DNA of 64,000 bases, from contig OZ024745.1 in NCBI GenBank assembly GCA_964016885.1, positions 46,686,001 to 46,750,000 on the forward strand, written 5' to 3'. Under the pieces are notes generated by a model. That model ran no database searches. It was not told where the DNA came from and saw only the letters and a list, made by a program, of their open reading frames with translations. Numbering within the stretch: the stretch's first letter is position 1; every line of letters begins with the position of its first letter. This document shows positions 38,418 through 51,870 of this stretch, piece by piece. Source of the DNA: Eledone cirrhosa (Eukaryota). The position numbers and the translations under genes are program-made.

Positions 38418-39698
38418 AACACCCTGCTATAGTTGTTCTTGCTCTGTACATTGAGTTCAAATCCTGCTACCTGTCACCAGAAAAGCAGTGACACTACTGT
38501 CAGGAGTTGTGACTAACCAATAGTAACATAGTTTTGTCGGTCAGATTTGATGTCACTGTGTTAATTTTTACTGCTGGTATCATAAAAACAATACACCCAG
38601 TAAACACTCGAAAGTGGTTATGTTAGGAAGGGCATCCAGCCATAGAAACCATGCCAAATATATAATGTATGAGGAAGGTGAGGCTGCTCCAATATGTCTC
38701 GTCTTGGATTGCAACATGGCCAACACATTCCAGTGTGGAAAGTGGACATAAAATGAGAGTGGTTAGATTTTAAAAAATTTAATGCCTCTATCTATAAGTT
38801 TTCAATTCCAATTACTTGTGCCAGTCAACTTTGATATGTAAAATTGATGATTTGGAGTGTATTCTAATTTTTTGTGTACGAGGGGCTCCCAAGGTCTAAA
38901 TCTGGCCCTGATTATAAGTTCTATCTAATTGAAAATGATCGGTTTAAAGGTATACAAGACTGATTATATTTGAAATAAACTTGATATAAATGGAAACTTA
39001 ATATGATTACTAAATTTAAGCAAATAAATTTGTTACATTTGTATAAATGGGAAGACTTGCTATAAAGAAAAAGAAAACTGATAGATAGATTGCAGTATTT
39101 CAAAGCATTCTGCTCAATGTAGATCAACTGGGGGTCAATGTGAGCAACTAAATTACTTCAAAGGAGTGCCCCAGCATGACTGCAGACTGAAACTAGTAAG
39201 AGTCAAATTTTGTAAATTATTTCTACCTTGTCTATTAAAGTAAAATTTGTGCAGGATTTACTATCTTCAAATGAGAAATTTGTGTCCCCAGTAGCAACAT
39301 TTTATTACAAGTACTTGATCAATTCTGCTGTTGAAATTTCATTTACCCTGGAGATGTTTTGGCTTTCATATAACAAGTTTGACAGTTATTTAATCTAAAG
39401 CATAATTTGAAATGTATTTGTTAGTTGCATTTAAGAGATAATTGCTACTAAGATTTGGCCTACAGAAAGTTAAACATTTCTGAAAGGAAACTAAGAAATT
39501 GAAGAAATAGGTGGCACTTTAACCCTTTTGTTACCATATTTCTAATGAAAGACAGTTTCAAATAATTTGGACAGTAATGCAGAATTTGGAGGGATTTAGT
39601 AATACAACTATGTTATGATTAAGATGGTGTTTGGAATATAACTTAAACCTTTTGATACTAGCCTTACCAAAATTGGTTCCAGTTTTATGAAAGGAACC

Positions 39699-41788
39699 CA
39701 TCATCATCATCATCATCACCGTTTTACGTCCGTTCTTCCACGCTAGCATGGGTTAGACGGGTTGTCCTGTTGTGGGCAGTGTCTGGTCGGCTGACCATGC
39801 CTTGCTCATACAGGAACTGATCTGGCTTGATTTCTACAGCTGGATGCCCTTCCTAACACCAACCTCATTTACAGTGAGTGCTGGGTGCTTTTTCGTGGCG
39901 CCTACACGTCCACTTTACAGTGTGGGCTGGGTGCTTTTTTGCCGTGGCACCTCCACGACCACCTTGCGGTGGGGGGAGTGGGGGCATATTGTTTATATGC
40001 TTCAGCATGTACCCATGGGAGGTCGGGTACCCTGTATTACTGCGTGACGCCAGAAGTCACGGTCGTGTGTCATTGACTTTGAGAGGTGTATTTGGGTAAG
40101 GTCGGCTTTTATCACCTCATCCCAAGTCATCTTGGGTCTCCCCACTCCGCGGTTTCCATCAACTTCTAGTGCTCTGCACCTTTTTATGCAGCTGTCATCC
40201 TTCATACGCATCACATGTCCATACCAGCGTAACCGCCTCTCCTGCACGCAGCATTTGATTCCTCTTATGCTCAGTCTCTCTCTCAATTCCTTTATGCTTT
40301 GTCGTTCACGTATATTACTTTTACACATCCATCGGAGCATGCAGGCTTCGTTTCTCTCTAATCTACGTAAGTCTTCCACCTTCAGCGCCCAGGTCTCACT
40401 ACCATGCAACATCGCTGTTCGGATACACGCATCATACAGTCTGCCTTTCATTCTGAGGGAGAAGCCTTTTGCAGCTAGCAGTGGTAGTAGTTCCCTAAAC
40501 TTCTTCCATCCCGTTCTTACCCTAGTTATTGTACTTTCTGAGCACCCACCTCCGTTGCTAATTCGGTCACCTAGGTAGCAGAAGCTGTCTACTGTTTCTA
40601 CAGGGCCCTCCCAGAGATTGGTGGTACTTGTTTCCTGTGGCTGTTTGCTTGCTGTTTCAGCACAGCTGCTGCATGTGAATCCTACATTCTTAATTAAGCT
40701 TCCTGAGATCCCGCTACATCTCTTGTGTACCCATTGTTTGCATTTGGGGCAGAGAATGGAGTTCCTACCTACACCTTTCCTACATACTGAGCAAGGCCAT
40801 TTCCCTGAGGGGATCTGGGTTCTGTTTTCTCGTCTACTTATAAGGACCTTAGTCTTTGTCATGTTGACTTTGAGGCCCTTTCTCTCTAGTCCCTGCTTCC
40901 AGGTTTGGAATTTATTCTCTAGTTCTACCATAGATTCAGCTATGAGTGCGAGGTCATCAGCATACAGGAGTTCCCATGGGCATCCGGTCTTAAACTCCTC
41001 CGTTATTGCCTGCAGGACTATGATGAACAGGAGAGGGCTAAGAACAGAGCCCTGGTGGACCCCCAACCTGTATGCTAAATTCCTCGCTATACTCATTGCT
41101 AATCCTAACTTTGCTGACTGCTCCCCTATACATGGCTTGTACCGCTTTCACAAGCCACTCATCTACTCCTAGTTTTCTAAGAGCCCACCAGATTACTGCA
41201 CGTGGAACTCTGTCAAAGGCTTTCTCAAGGTCGACAAATGCCAAGTAGAGTGGCTTACTTTTAGCTAGGTACTTTTCCTGTAATTGCCTCACAAGGAAGA
41301 GGGCATCAGTGGTGCCTTTCCCTGGTACAAACCCAAATTGCATCTCGTCTATATTCACCCGGTCCCTAATCAGCTGTGCTATAACTCTTTCTGTTACTTT
41401 CATGACCTGGTCCATCAACTTTATACCTCTATAGTTTCCTCTATCTAGTGCATCGCCTTTACCTTTGTAGCAGTTGACAATGGTGCTACTGCACCAATCT
41501 TTTGGTATGGCCCCCTCTAGTATTACCTGGTTAACGATACGTGTGGTTATAGTGTGACCTACAGACCCAGATGCCTTCAGCATCTCGGCAGCTATACCCG
41601 ATGGACCGGTTGCCTTCCCTATCTTCATATCTCTGATTGCCTTACTACGCTGCCGCTGACTTGTACTGCTGGTCCCTCTATAGGATCTACGTGGGGTAGG
41701 GTCTCTTCTTCCCATGCATTCTCCTCATTTAGTAATCTATCATAATGACTCTTCCATGCATCTTTCTTCTCAGCACTTGTGAGGGCAA
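39699..41788 (-). mobile_element. 5'-truncated, young RTE-clade LINE (subfamily B) with complete RT, PHD finger and long 3' UTR
   Basis: ORFs 41038-41715 and 40002-41096 join via a frameshift near 41060 into NYRGIKL..QFGF..FVDLEKAFD..QGSVLSP..YADD..FCYLG..WYGHV; (ATG)n tail. Confidence 0.96.
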
Positions 41789-43438
41789 ATTAAAATCTTC
41801 CAAACTAAATTATATAGAAATTATGTGAATATAATGAAATTTTAGTCCAAGATTTTAATTGAAATGCAGATACTTCGAGGCAGATTAGTGTTGAAAAGGG
41901 TTAATGTTATATTTAATGTTAATATAAGCTTAGTTTTCTTTAATGCACTAGATGTACAAAAAAGAAAAAAGGAATATCCATAAACAATTCTCTATATATT
42001 TATTGCCTTTTCACTGTTTGTATATCAAAGATCATAATTATTCTAAACGTTATTAAAATAATCAATATTCTAATTACATTGACATGATCTTTTGAGCTTC
42101 AGGTAAAAAGCTACATTAAAGAGTCTTTGATATTTTTAGTTTATCATCATTAGCACACAATGCGATTTTTGCTGCAATGTGTCGAATTATCTTATGTGAG
42201 TAATAAAATTATTAGCTATATTTACTTACATGAATTTTTAATTTCTTCATCATAATCATTTATGTTTGCTTGTTTTATGCTAGCATAAATTGGAGGTGTT
42301 GTCAAGGTCCACGTCAATTTTTATTTGGAGTTACTGCTTTCATAAATATGTCAGTAACCATGTCTCTCTTATACATGTCATTTTTAGTGTGGTTTCTATA
42401 GTAAGAAACCCTTCTGCCAATCATTTTACAGTAATGGGTACATTTTAAAATAGCACCAGCAGTAGACTGGTTGCCTTGACCCTAGAAACTCTCAAGAGTC
42501 TTCTTTTTCCTACATCAACTCCTTTCATTTGTTTGTTGGCAAAAGAAATTTTCTTACCTCTTGGAAAAATTAAAAGTCCACTTTTCCCTGCATTGTTTGC
42601 ATTTAATCATTTCTTTCTTTCCAACACAACTGGATGGGAAGTGAGCCAGTGTGATAGAAGGATAGAAGAGGAACAGAAGAGAACCAAAGTAATTAGTAAG
42701 GGTCGATAAGAGAGAGAGTAATGGAAAAGAGAGATGTTAGTACAAAGCTATATGGTGGTTGCTGGCAAGGATATTGACTAGAAATATGGCCAAAAAGTTG
42801 ATAGAGTAAATGAGAGAGAACCAGAGTAAGTTGGTGGTAGATGAAGGAATGTGAAAAGTGATACAACTTGTAGTAAGGAGATTAAATAGAAAGAGCAGGA
42901 GTGACATGATGAATGTCAGCAATGAATGATAGAAAACAGTGGTGTGTAAATTTATATTTATAGTGATCAAAGTCCATATGTAATAAAATATAATTCTGGT
43001 AAATTCAAAATAATTTCAAAATAGACATCTAGTTTCTAAATAGAAATGACATCCTCAACATAGATTTAAGTATTTTCTGTATATACATACCCAGCTATCA
43101 ATATACATAACAAACACATTTATCTATCTTAAGGGAATCATATTTATATCAGCACTTATCTGTTTTGGATTTTGATTGTAGGTTACATTTCACATTAAAT
43201 GGCTTATATCTAATTCCTTTAAATCAGTGCTGTATTTGATTGCTGTTATACAGCATGATGCTTCTGATAAACCTATAACCTGCTCAGCCATCTGCAGCAC
43301 TAATTATGTCACTAAGGTCACTAAGGTGACTAACTTGTTCCAGCAAACCATCTAAGCAGTCTAGCCTGCAAACATTGACTTCTCTTGCTAAACATTATTT
43401 TTTTTATATGTCTGAAATAATTTATAGTGTAAATTGCT

Positions 43439-43687
43439 TTAACCCTTTTGATACCAAATGACTCAAATACACCCTTGGTTCTACAGCACTGATCTGTTTA
43501 TTTTAAAGTGTTTATAGTTATCAAGACGTTTCAACATAATTTTATGTATGAAGGTTTAAATTATCCTCTAAACACCAGACAAAAAATGAGTTATGTTACA
43601 AAATTATGCCAAATTCTTCATTATTTTCAATGTTTTTGAAAATTATAGACGATGTCTTCCATTAGAAATATGGTAATGATAGGGTTA
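43439..43687. mobile_element. TTAA-bounded MITE, same family (others: 9945-10164, 20800-21043, 24268-24499, 35311-35565, 50368-50600, 55745-55959, 60902-61116)
   Basis: TTAACCCTTTTGATACC...GAAATATGGTAATGATAGGGTTA. Confidence 0.72.
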
Positions 43688-44352
43688 GATTATTGAGCAT
43701 GTCTATTTTTAGAACTTTTTGTTCAATTTTTTAAAATTGAAAGCAAGCAGTTCAAATGTTAAATGGTATTGTCGTTCACTTTATTGAATATTTATTTTTG
43801 TTTTTGGTCTTTGACTGATTGCGAGCTAAATTTTAAGAAAAACAATTTATTAAACTACAGAACGCCATCTTCTGTAATGGATCTTCCAACAATTGAGAGA
43901 AATCTTGATTATGTATTTCTTAGAAGATAGGCAGGAACTTCATAATTTGTTTGCCTTTCATCCCACTGTACATTTCTTCTGTATGTTGTTCTCATGGCAT
44001 ACACAGAGATAGTAAATCAAACTAAACAACTACTAAAAAATAAAACATTGAGATTGCTACTAATTACATTTCACTGTAGCTTTATTAGATACTACTTTTC
44101 TGGAGCCAAGCTTTTAGTTTATTTCAAATTGAGTCCCTAAAATTTAGGCCTAATAAAATGTGTATACAAGTATTTTATGGCTATTTTCTCTGCAAATGTA
44201 GGTCCTATGACAGGCTTTCTACTCAACATGATGGATGGGAGAGAGGGCTTTTGTAGGCAATGTTTTACCTCTTATAACATGTAGGGATACAGTGTACCTA
44301 TTCTAAACCTGGAAAATTCAATTTAGCTGATGGAGGTTTATTTATATAAGTT

Positions 44353-44680
44353 ATGGCTTAGTGGTTAGAGCATTGGCCTTGCAATCGAAAGGTTGTGAGT
44401 TCAATTCTCAGACCGGGTGATGTGTTGTTTCCCTGAGCAAGACACTTTATTTCACATTGCTCCAGTTTACTCAGCTGTAGAAATGAGATGATAGAGACTG
44501 GGGTCCCTATCATTCCACTGCAAAGTGGTCATGGAAGTGCCATGGCAAAAAAGCACCCAACACTCACTGTAAATGAGGTTGGTGTTAGGAAGGGCATCCA
44601 GCTGTAGAAATCAAGCCAGAGTCAGTTCCTGTCCCACCCTTGCAAGCAGGGAAAAAGCGGACGTAAAATGAAATGATGAT
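44353..44680 (+). mobile_element. SINE family A
   Basis: Near-identical to the 7337-7675 copy, with A/B boxes and ATG tail. Confidence 0.88.
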
Positions 44681-46791
44681 TGTTGTAAAACTTGAAACTT
44701 TTAATTTTAACTTGGCTCAAAAGTTATATCCTTGAAGGGAAATGTGATTTTCAAATGTTTTGTACATTCTCTGCAAATATTGGTAGCACAATATATGTGA
44801 AATGTTTTCTTTTATGGGGAATCCAGATTCTATCACAGTCAACTAGATTCTTTCTATTAATGTTAAGACAGTTTTACCAAATATAAGCTATAAATACTTC
44901 CAAAATAAATTCTTCCGTTTTTCATTTGTTCATACAATTATCTACCTGACATTTTCACTAATAATCCAAATGTTTGATCTAGCTCAATATTGTGTACTGA
45001 TAAAAGTACTTGGCATTTTATTTTGAGTTCAGTTGGTTAGGTATAAGTATCTTGATATCATGAAAACTCTTGGAAATATTGGATACTTATTTGCTTTCCA
45101 TCTATCAGTGTTTCAAATCAGATGTTATTTACCATAGCTTTCTGAGTATTCCTGTTGGTTCTGGCTCTCTTGTACTGTTTCTCTTTGCCTGTCTCTTTCT
45201 CTCTGTCTGCAATGCAAATTTCTTAACACCACAGCCATTGGAATATAATTATTTGATTGCCTTCCTGTATTATAGGATGATTATCCATTCAATCTATTAT
45301 GGCAAACCGTTGATATTGCAACTAAATATCTATAATTGCTAGTCTAACCTTTTTTTACCTGAATGCATCTTAAATGTTAGATATAGCAAAAGGCTATTTT
45401 TAACTGTGAAAGATGGTATTTGATTTATTTGTGAAATTAATGTATACAGAAATGTCAGATATTGGGATTTTTAAAAACATCATGTCTGGGTTTAAATAAT
45501 TATTTTCCAATTTATATGTGCATATATTATAAACTTTTCTTATATATCCAAATATGGAATGTAACAAACAAGGTGGGTTGCATCAATCCAATTAGTTACA
45601 GACTGTGACAATCTGTCCAATTCATGCTAGCATGGAAAATGGACTGATAATAATGATGTTGATGCATATGTCATTTTTCTGTTACTTAAACAGCAATTCC
45701 TAAAACAGTCTTTTTTATATTAACCTGCTAGGCACTGCTCCTGGTGTTATACAAAACTGCTTAATTTATAGTGTTCATATCTAAATTAAAACCTTTCAAC
45801 ATAATTTTATGTAAGAACCTTTTTGTTAATGTTCTAAACATCAGTTTAATAATAAAAAATTTAAGATATCTTATTAAATTCCCTTAAATTTGTCATTTTT
45901 TTTCAACACGATTGAAACAAGCTATGTACATAATCAGCAAAAAGGCTTGAATTATGAAACCATTCTTAAGTCTTTGCATTTATCAATGTAGGTATATATT
46001 TTAAAAACTTGTTTGATAGTAATAGTCAAGCAAATCTGTCTTGATTGTTATAGTTAACTTCATAACATACATCATCATCATTGCCATTTAATGTCTATTT
46101 TCCATGCTTGCATGGCTTAAACGGGGTGCCACACTCTGAAGTTGACTGGTTAAGTGACCATGTCATACTTGTGCATTTCATCTTTGGCTAGGTTTCTATG
46201 GCTGAATGCTCTTCCTAATGCCAACTACTTTGCATCATATACTGGGAGAATTTTATCATGGCATCTGCATGACCACCTTACAGGGTGGACTGGGTACTTT
46301 CTGTTGTGGCACTAGTACTGTCACCTTACAGTAGTATTGGTGTTTTCTGTGTTTTGTGATTGTCTGGGAATGAGTTGCACTCCACTTGTTACTCAGTTTC
46401 AACCCCACTCAACACTGATATCAATTTAATATTGAGATAGTTTTTGTATAGCATTGGAATTCTTATTAGAGTTTGAGGCTGGGCTTCATTTAATGTTGTT
46501 TAAGTTAATACTTAAATGTTAATTATTTTGTTCTTTTCTCAAGTATTCCAAATTTGTTTTCTTTGTTTGTATAGGTTCAGTAGTCTAGCTTGTGCGGGGG
46601 TGGGAGGTGGATGGGGGGTGTCTACACTAGCAACACTTTTGGGTCTGTCATATATATTCAAGTATGGGGAGAGGAAGAGGACAAACTCAGGGGCTGCCCT
46701 GGATAGCTCACTAGCTATGCCACTGTCTAGGTTAGTGAATGTAAATAGCTGAAAGTTGCATTATATGTATGTGTATATGTATGTGTATGAA

Positions 46792-46823
<32 letters not shown>

Positions 46824-46989
46824 CTAGCATGGAAGATGGATGTTAAATGATGAAGTTTTTATCTAAATATGCTCTATCCTAACAAGAATAGTTTTGATTC
46901 AAGAGAATAATAGATAATTTTTTTTTTTAAACGAAGATATAAGCTAATAGAGCAATTATGAGTTTTTAACAATGCTTTAAAAAAATCTT

Positions 46990-47290
46990 TTTTCTGGTTT
47001 CAGTCATTAGATTGTGGCTGTTCTTGAAGTGTTTTAGTCAATCATATTAACCCCAATACTTAATTTGTTTCAAGTCTGGTACATATTTTATCAATCACTT
47101 TTTGTCGAACTGCTAAGTTACTAAACATAAACAGTAAATGTAAACTCACACACATTGGACTTCCACACAGTTCCATTTACCAAATTATACTCACAAAACA
47201 TTAGTCAACCTGAGTCTATAGTAGACAGGGTGGGACTAAACCTGAAACCCTATGGTTGCGCAGCGAACTCCTTAACCAGACAGCCATGCT
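46990..47290 (-). mobile_element. Older tRNA-derived SINE family C (relatives at 13225-13370, 22955-23110, 57845-57935, 59535-59800, 15150-15260)
   Basis: Recurrent ccaaatt..ctcacaa..cattagtc..ctatagtaga..gggactaaacc..atggttgc..cttaacca..cagccatgc. Confidence 0.6.
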
Positions 47291-47989
47291 TACACCTTCA
47301 ACAATTTTTAAATATTAAAGCTTAGATAAAGTTTTTTTTTGTTGTCTTTTTCTTTGTACTTTTAACATTATTTTTAAAGTTAAAATTTAATAACTAACAT
47401 TTCCCCAAAGGCAACATTTTTTTCTTTTAACCAAATGTGTTAAAAAAAAGAAAAGAAGCAATTTAGAAATAATTATTTCTTGTAACATTGACTTGAAAAG
47501 AGCAAACAGTTTTCCTGAAATAAATTTAGCAATTTTATTCTAGAAAAATTGTTTTAAAGGTTATTTGGAAGATTAATAGTCCACAAACCAGCACGAAAGT
47601 TTAAGTAAACATTAAAATGTCCAGTTTACTGATAAATATGAAGAATTCAATTGATTTGGAAACTGTCTCACTCATTTGGCTATAGAGATGTGGGATTTAA
47701 GTAGACATAAAGTCTTTCCTCTTTTAACACACAAAACACTAGCCTAAACTCACAATACAATACAAGACATATAAGTCCAAACAAACGAACTAATCTAAGA
47801 GTCAGACATATTCCATTCATATTATATCCTGTTTCATAAATGCTTTTTTCCTCTATCTTGCCTATTAAAAAAATGCTCTACTTTGAAAACTTCACTCTAG
47901 CGACGTGTTCACCATATCCCGCTTGCCCACCCCCTTTCCACCACCTTCCAGTCTGTTACTTTTCAGGCATACCCTCTCACAGGACAAAT

Positions 47990-49640
47990 GTCAATTTGCT
48001 ATACTTAGAAAGGCAAACGAGGGATTCTTTGAGTTGGAAGGTGGCTCATCTAAGAGAGCAGTAACTCCAGATGGGAATTATTGCATAAGGCAGACATGGC
48101 TTACATAAGCTGTATGAAGGCAGTGACTCCAATTAAAAATGACTGCACATGGCAGATGTAAACTCTGTAAGCCATAGTGAAGGCAACCCATCTAAGACTG
48201 TAGACACTCCAAATACAAACTGATATAGGGTAGTGAGGACTCTCGAGTTCAGGAAGACAACCTCTCATGCAGGTGGCACAAATAATGCACCCAGTACATA
48301 CTGTAAAGTGGTTGGTGATAGGAAGGCGATCCAGCTAGAAAAAACCCTGCCAAAATTACAGATTAATACTAACTGCGTATACATGGCTAACACTAGTCAT
48401 GTTAGTGCTGCACATGGTAGTCAAGTGGCCAGAGTAGCCATGTGCGAGAACCCCTCAACCCTTATCAAGCAATCACACAGCCTTTTCCCCTTCCAGGTAC
48501 AAAGAACTGCTACTCAAGGAAATAACTACTGTCAAATTACAAATCTCAAGTCTGCCACTCTTAATGCTGGCACCCTGAAAGGTAAATCAGGTGAAATTGT
48601 GGAACTGTTAGATAGAAGAGAAGTGGATGTATGCTGTGTACATGAGGTGAGATGGAAGGATGCCTTGGTGTGACTTCTTCCTGACAGCAAACAGCATAGA
48701 TACAAACTTTACTGGGCGAGAAATGACAATGGGGTAGGTGGTGTAGGCATCTTACTAGCTGAGCAATGGTTAGATAAGGTGATAGAGGTAGTTAGAGTAA
48801 GTGACAGAATCATCAAGTTTAGAATAGCTGTTGGAAATAGAATGGTGACAATTACATCTACATATGCACCGTAGGCAGTACTGGGAAAAGAACAAAAGGA
48901 CACGTTCTATGAGGAACTTCTACTGACAACCTCAGCTATTGATGAAAGAGAATTCATCATCTTCGCAAGCAACTTCAATGGATAGGTTGGGCAGTATAAG
49001 GATGGATTCACAGGAGTTCCCAGCAGCTATGGTTATGGCTCAAGAAATGAAGATGGAGTGAAGCTCCTGGAATTCTGTAATGCAAACAAACTAATCATTT
49101 GCAACACAAATTTCAAGTTACCAACCAATCGTGACATCAGATTAAACACAAGAGAGAACAAGATACACAGGAAAATATTGAGGTGGAGGGTTTTGAAGCT
49201 AAAGGACCTTTCTGTTGACTATAGGTTTAAACAGGCTCTATGGGATGCTTTTGATGAGTGGGGTGACAAGCTAGATACATATAACATGGAGAACTAATGG
49301 AAATTCTTGCATGACAACCTTTTACGAAATACTGATGAGATTTATGGCTAGAGTAAAGCACCAGTCAGACGGGGTGACCTGGTGGTGGAACAGCACAGTG
49401 GATAAAGCCAAGAAACAGGTGTGGAGAACTGGAAAAATGTGGGTAGCAAAGAGAGGTATACACAGCTCAGAGAGAAGCTGTAAAAAGAAAGTTTGCCAAT
49501 GTTTTGAGTCTTGAGGATCAGAGATGTGAAGTGTTATGCATTGCAAGACAATGTGTCAGTGTAAATTGAGATGTTGTTGGGGACAAGTGTGTTAGAAATG
49601 ACATTGGTGCACTTAGCAGGCCTGGAAATGTTATGAGAAA
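47990..49640 (+). mobile_element. Decayed 5' part of an RTE-clade LINE (5' UTR + endonuclease, internal deletion)
   Basis: ATLNAGTLKGKSGEIVELLDRREVDVCCVHEVRWK, GVGGVGILL, LLEFCNANKLIICNTNF, VTWWWN. Homologous to 19700-20773. 5' boundary approximate. Confidence 0.88.
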
Positions 49641-49757
49641 CCAGCACTACTACATTATGGCGTGAACTGATTGCATTTTAATCATGATGCCAACAGTAGA
49701 ACACTTGTGTCCTCTACCAGACAAGGAGAGGTAGTGATGGGAGTGGGTGGGGATGGG

Positions 49758-49789
<32 letters not shown>

Positions 49790-50100
49790 AATTGGATAAA
49801 CATCTATTATGGAAACTGGAAAATAAAAGTAGTGGTTATCACACCTCATTGTAAACATGTTATTGATTTATTTCTATATGGATTTCAAATACTTGGAATG
49901 GCAAAATTATAACCTCTCCACATTTGACTTGTTGATAACTTAATATTTATAGATATAGTACCTACTGAACATTTGTATTTCATTGTAGAATGTTCTCGTT
50001 AATTTATTAATAAACTTCTTTTTATTGATTATCTATAGTGTTCGAGAATTTGCCAATTGGGAAATCAACAAATTAGCTAATTAATGTATTTTCTTTGCAG

Positions 50101-50178
50101 GCAACTGGTCTTCATTTCAGACACACAGATAACATCAACCACTGGCTCACTGCTATGGAAGAAGTGGGACTTCCTTCG
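50101..50178 (+). CDS. IQGAP1: IQGAP-family exon, CH domain
   Basis: ttctttgcAG acceptor, GTaagg donor, phase 0/0. Translates ATGLHFRHTDNINHWLTAMEEVGLPS. Confidence 0.96.
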
Positions 50179-51599
50179 GTAAGGGAACTTATCTCCATAA
50201 TTTATTGAAATTCTGCCAATTTCATTCTCAGTGAGGCAGATAGACATAAACATACGTTTTTTTTTGTTTGTTTATTTTTTCACACTTCTGTTTCAATTAT
50301 GAAATCTCAACTTGGAACTATTTTCGTTTTCCTTTATTTTGCCCCCAATTTTTTTTTCATAGTTTCTTTAACCCTCTCAGTACTAACCTGGTGAAGACCA
50401 TTCATATTACAGTATTCATATTTAAGAGAATATTTCAATCAAAATCTCATTATGACATGGAAACAATATGAGATTACAGTTGATAGGATTTATGTTATAT
50501 TTTACTACATAAAGTTGGTTATTTAACTGACTCTCCTTTAAATTCTTTATATTGAAAAGGAAGTATTTTATTGTTACAAATGTAGTCATGAAATGGTTAA
50601 CAATTCTAAGAATAATTATTTGATGTCATGTGAGGTTTTATTTTGAAAATGGTAGATGTTAATGGTTTTCATCACAATGAAGTCAAAGCTACATTTAACT
50701 TTAATACAACACCTGTGTGATATGTTGTATTAAACAATTGTAAAGATTAGATTTTTAAATATTTTTTATTAAAAGGAATTATTAGAAGGTGAAATGATAA
50801 GTTTCATGTTAATGAGAAAAATATCTCACCATCTAAGATAAAATTTGTATCATTAAGAATATAAATAATTTTTTTTTATTTTTATTTCTCTCTTTTATAA
50901 AGGTTATTTTAAACTTATTTTTTCATCAATTTATCTTAGTTTTGCGAGGTAATTTCTCATCTTTGCTATTCTACTTCCAAACTTACCAAACAACTTAACA
51001 AGGAAAACCACAACTGTTTTAGGAAAGTAGAAGAAACTGGAAAAACTAGATTTGCTGTCTATTTCATGAAATGCAGATGTCCAGCTTTTCTAAAGTACTA
51101 ATCTGTTAGTCAGTGTTTAGCTATACCCATATCTTGTTTTTAGTAGCCAATTATGTTGTCCTGTCTACACTTCAAACACAAAATAAGCACTCAGTATGTA
51201 CAGGAATATATTTTAGTTTAAATCAACACTATTTTGATTAGTTCAAATCAATGTCAAAGTTATATATATATAATGTGAGAAAGATGTGGTTGCCTGACCT
51301 AAATTGTCTCATAACATGACAAACTACCTAACTCATGCAAGCATGGAATATGTTACATTAAATGATATATATAATATATATATATAATGTGTGTGTGTAA
51401 TGTTTCTGTAAACATGTGAAGAGAATTTATCTGAAAGTACTAGTAACTAGTGATATAATTTATACAAATTTTGTATTAGTAACTTGTAGTTCTATTAATA
51501 TTTTGACATGTTTTTTTCCTAATGTGGTTTTGGGTAGATGGATCTGCAGTATGATGTAGTTTAGTTTTGTCATCTGATGTAAATCCCAGAATTCTTTAA

Positions 51600-51870
51600 A
51601 AGTTAGTCTTTCTTGAACCCAGAGGTTCATCAGGCCATAGCATTTCTCAGTTTCATGTGGCATTAAGCAACTAAGAGTCCAAGAGTTTCCTTTGAAATAG
51701 ACACCTATCACAGAGTTAAGGCCCAGCTGCTTATGGGTCTCATTTAATCAGCTGATTGGACTGAAATGAACTGTCTTGCTCAAGGACACAATAAGCCGTC
51801 GAGTTTGGGAATTGAAGCTATTACCTTATAATCAGGAGCTCGACATCCCAACCACTAAGCCACACACTTT
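51600..51870 (-). mobile_element. Older tRNA/CORE SINE with a different 3' tail (relatives at 62220-62458, 58215-58365, 23655-23780, 16895-17145)
   Basis: Shared gtcttgctcaaggacacaa core and aaccactaagccac (reverse A box). Tail gtctttcttgaacccagaggttcatcaggcc recurs at 62221. Confidence 0.65.

Noticed and set aside
40132-41172. Long + strand ORFs (also 8695-9084, 18149-18745, 29553-30256)
   Set aside because: Antisense shadows of the RTE coding frame.
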